Part shown: piece by piece, positions 50,354-52,793 of the stretch
How the letters are laid out: the number at the start of each line of letters is the position of its first letter
Numbering within the stretch: position 1 is the stretch's first letter
Assembly (NCBI GenBank): GCA_946497145.1
Contig: CAMMJA010000001.1
Span: 87,334-140,126 of the forward strand
Reading direction: 5' to 3'
Length of the DNA stretch: 52,793 nucleotides
Source of the DNA: an uncultured Mycoplasmatota bacterium
GTDB lineage: Bacteria > Bacillota_I > Bacilli_A > RF39 > UBA660
Made by a program: the position numbers and the translations under genes
The notes under the pieces: generated by a model
The model's database searches: none
What the model was told of the DNA's origin: nothing
What the model saw: only the letters and a program-made list of their open reading frames with translations

Positions 50354-50379
50354 AGCTTAGGTGAAGGAGGAATTAGTTT

Positions 50380-50748
50380 ATGTTACAACAGGAAAGCCGG
50401 TTAAAAGTTGCAGACAATTCTGGTGCACGTGAATTATTGGTGATTCGTGTATTAGGTGGAAGCAAAGTAAAAACAGGTAATATTGGTGACATAGTTGTTG
50501 GTACAGTGAAAAATGCCACACCTAATGGAACTGTAAAAAAAGGAAAAGTTGTAAAGGCAGTTATCGTCAGAAGTAAATTTGGTGTTCGCCGCGACGATGG
50601 AAGTTACATCAAATTTGATGACAATGCTTGTGTAATCATTAAAGATGATAAGAGTCCAGTTGGAACTCGTATCTTTGGACCAGTAGCTCGTGAAATTCGT
50701 GATGCAGGTTATATGAAAATCGTGTCATTAGCGAAAGAAGTGCTATAA
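50380..50748 (+). CDS. rplN: 50S ribosomal protein L14
   Basis: [23 protein letters not shown]. Confidence 0.99.
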   Translation: MLQQESRLKVADNSGARELLVIRVLGGSKVKTGNIGDIVVGTVKNATPNGTVKKGKVVKAVIVRSKFGVRRDDGSYIKFDDNACVIIKDDKSPVGTRIFGPVAREIRDAGYMKIVSLAKEVL

Positions 50749-50759
50749 AGGAGGATATT

Positions 50760-51071
50760 ATGAACTTTAAAGTAGGAGATAAAGTCGTAGTGATCTCTGG
50801 TTCTAGTAGAGGAAAAGAAGGAAAAATCATCAAAACATTGAAAGATGAAAATAAAGTAATCGTCGAAGGAGTAAATCTTGTGAAAAAACACAAGAAAGGA
50901 AACGGAAACGAGACGGGTGGAATTCTAGAAATTGAAGCACCTATTCATGCTTCTAATGTAATGATCGTAGATCCAAAGACAAAAAAGAGAACTAGAATTG
51001 GACATGCAATCGACGAAAAGACAAATAAAAAAATAAGAGTTACAAAAAAATCAAACGAGAAGCTTGATTAA
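50760..51071 (+). CDS. rplX: 50S ribosomal protein L24
   Basis: [12 protein letters not shown] motif, [14 protein letters not shown]. Confidence 0.98.
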   Translation: MNFKVGDKVVVISGSSRGKEGKIIKTLKDENKVIVEGVNLVKKHKKGNGNETGGILEIEAPIHASNVMIVDPKTKKRTRIGHAIDEKTNKKIRVTKKSNEKLD

Positions 51072-51088
51072 TTGGAAGGAGGGTATAT

Positions 51089-51628
51089 ATGAACCGCCTA
51101 AAAGAAAAATACTTAAATGAAGTTGTTCCAAGTTTAAAAGAAAAACATAATTATAAGACGATTATGGAAGTGCCAAAATTAGAAAAAATCGTAGTGAATA
51201 TGGGGGTAGGAGATGCTACCACTAACTCTAAATTATTAGATGCTGCGATCAATGATCTAACCGTGATCACTGGTCAAAAACCAGTTGTTACCAAAGCAAA
51301 GAAATCCATTGCTGGCTTTAAAGTAAGAGAAGGACAATCTATTGGTTGTAAAGTAACCCTACGTGGAGAAAATATGTATAACTTTATGGATAAGTTAGTA
51401 TCGATTGGACTTCCACGTGTACGTGATTTCCATGGGGTAAGTCCAAAAGCGTTCGATGGACGTGGAAACTATACGTTAGGAATCAAAGAACAATTGATTT
51501 TCTCTGAAATTGAATACGATAATGTATTAAAAGTACGTGGTATGGACATTGTTTTTGTAACCACTGCCAAATCTAACGAAGAAGCATACGATTTATTAAG
51601 TGGACTTGGAATTCCTTTTAGAAAGTAA
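51089..51628 (+). CDS. rplE: 50S ribosomal protein L5
   Basis: [22 protein letters not shown]. Confidence 0.99.
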   Translation: MNRLKEKYLNEVVPSLKEKHNYKTIMEVPKLEKIVVNMGVGDATTNSKLLDAAINDLTVITGQKPVVTKAKKSIAGFKVREGQSIGCKVTLRGENMYNFMDKLVSIGLPRVRDFHGVSPKAFDGRGNYTLGIKEQLIFSEIEYDNVLKVRGMDIVFVTTAKSNEEAYDLLSGLGIPFRK

Positions 51629-51641
51629 TTGGAGGGTAAAC

Positions 51642-51827
51642 ATGGCAAAAAAAAGTATGATAGTAAAAGCTAATAGAAAGCCAAAATTCAAAGTACGTGA
51701 ATATACACGTTGTCAGCGTTGCGGACGTCCTCATGCAGTAATGAGTAAGTTTGGAATCTGCCGTATTTGCTTTCGTGAATTAGCATACAAAGGACAAATA
51801 CCAGGTGTTAAAAAATCAAGCTGGTAA
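51642..51827 (+). CDS. rpsZ: 30S ribosomal protein S14, zinc-binding type Z
   Basis: [15 protein letters not shown], 61 aa. Confidence 0.97.
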   Translation: MAKKSMIVKANRKPKFKVREYTRCQRCGRPHAVMSKFGICRICFRELAYKGQIPGVKKSSW

Positions 51828-51848
51828 TTTGGAAAGGAGGAATTTAAT

Positions 51849-52250
51849 ATGGCTGTAGTAACTGATACAATAGCAGATATGTTAACACGAATTCGTAATG
51901 CCAATCAAATGCGCTATAACGAAGTAAGTGTACCTGCTTCTAATTTAAAACTTGAACTTGCAAGAATTTTAAAAGAAGAAGGATTTATCAAAGATTATAA
52001 AGTGTTAAAAGACGATGTACAAGGTACGATAGTCTTAACATTAAAGTATGGACAGAACAAAGAAAGAGTAATCACTGGATTAAAGAGAATTTCAAAACCA
52101 GGACTTAGAGTTTATGCGAAAAATGATGAAATACCAAAAGTGTTAAATGGATTAGGAATTGCCATTATTTCTACATCAAAAGGTATTATGACAGATAAGG
52201 AAGCAAGAAAACTTAATGTAGGTGGAGAAGTTTTAGCTTATATTTGGTAA
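51849..52250 (+). CDS. rpsH: 30S ribosomal protein S8
   Basis: [28 protein letters not shown]. Confidence 0.99.
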   Translation: MAVVTDTIADMLTRIRNANQMRYNEVSVPASNLKLELARILKEEGFIKDYKVLKDDVQGTIVLTLKYGQNKERVITGLKRISKPGLRVYAKNDEIPKVLNGLGIAIISTSKGIMTDKEARKLNVGGEVLAYIW

Positions 52251-52276
52251 AAAATAGAATATAAGGAGGTGTCAAT

Positions 52277-52793
52277 ATGAGCCGTATCGGAAATAGAAAA
52301 ATTATTGTACCAGAAGGTGTTACGGTTAGTGTATCAGATAATACCATTACGGTAACAGGACCAAAGGGTACATTAACTACACATTCAGCAAAAGATATTA
52401 CGCTTACACAACAAGATAATGTTATTACGATTGAAAGAGCGAATGATTCCATTAAGACAAGATCAATGCATGGAACAGTTAATGCTAACGTGCAAAACAT
52501 GATTCTTGGAGTAACCAAAGGATTTGAAAAGGGTTTGGAAATCATTGGTGTCGGTTATCGTTTTAACGTAAAAGGAAACCAATTAGTAATCAATGCTGGA
52601 TATTCTCATCCAGTAGAAATCGATATTCCAACAGGAATCGAAGTAGTTGCCAACGGCAATACCGAAATTACTGTAAAGGGAATCGATAAAATATTAGTAG
52701 GAGAATTTGCTGCTAATATTCGGAAAGAGAGAAAACCAGAACCATATAAAGGTAAAGGAATTCGTTATAAAGACGAACATGTTCGGCGTAAAG
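52277..52793 (+). CDS. rplF: 50S ribosomal protein L6, 3'-truncated by window edge
   Basis: ATG 52277 MSRIGNR..., GPKG, GVGYR, GYSHPV, RKPEPYKGKGIRY. Confidence 0.97.
   Translation, partial: MSRIGNRKIIVPEGVTVSVSDNTITVTGPKGTLTTHSAKDITLTQQDNVITIERANDSIKTRSMHGTVNANVQNMILGVTKGFEKGLEIIGVGYRFNVKGNQLVINAGYSHPVEIDIPTGIEVVANGNTEITVKGIDKILVGEFAANIRKERKPEPYKGKGIRYKDEHVRRK

Overview
Low-GC Firmicutes (Bacilli-like) chromosomal segment, genetic code 11 (TGA used as stop), almost entirely co-oriented on the + strand. The backbone follows Bacillus-type gene order: tagO-like, csp, hpf, secA, prfB (with +1 frameshift), 2x yitT/yvjA, ftsEX, M23 peptidase, uvrB, radical SAM, uvrA, yvlD, lgt, trxB, yvcK, whiA, clpP, gap, pgk, glycolipid genes, tpiA, spo0A, gpmI, dinB, then the S10/spc ribosomal protein operon up to a truncated rplF. 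Gene content suggests a reduced, uncultured Bacilli lineage such as RF39 (inference). Accessory or unusual items: (1) two unrelated surface proteins that each carry a cysteine-bracketed dockerin-like module inserted inside another domain, one with a cohesin-like N-terminus and sortase-type anchor, the other with a C-type-lectin/FGE-like (DGR-target-like) C-terminus, suggesting a non-cellulosomal cohesin-dockerin display system; (2) a convergent agrAC/agrBD locus with an unannotated 39-aa AgrD containing two cysteines; (3) a decayed integrative islet at the secA 3' end with arm-type repeats, an internally deleted integrase, an intact RhuM-like + Doc pair and a rhuM pseudogene; (4) a DnaA-box cluster written inside a radical SAM coding sequence; (5) sporulation signals (spo0A with phased 0A boxes, sigmaK/sigmaE-like promoters on a pseudo-GDPD and a LysM-less GH18); (6) an intact but catalytically degenerate AAA-DUF4143 gene coupled to gpmI. 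All family calls come from motif recognition by eye, not database searches.
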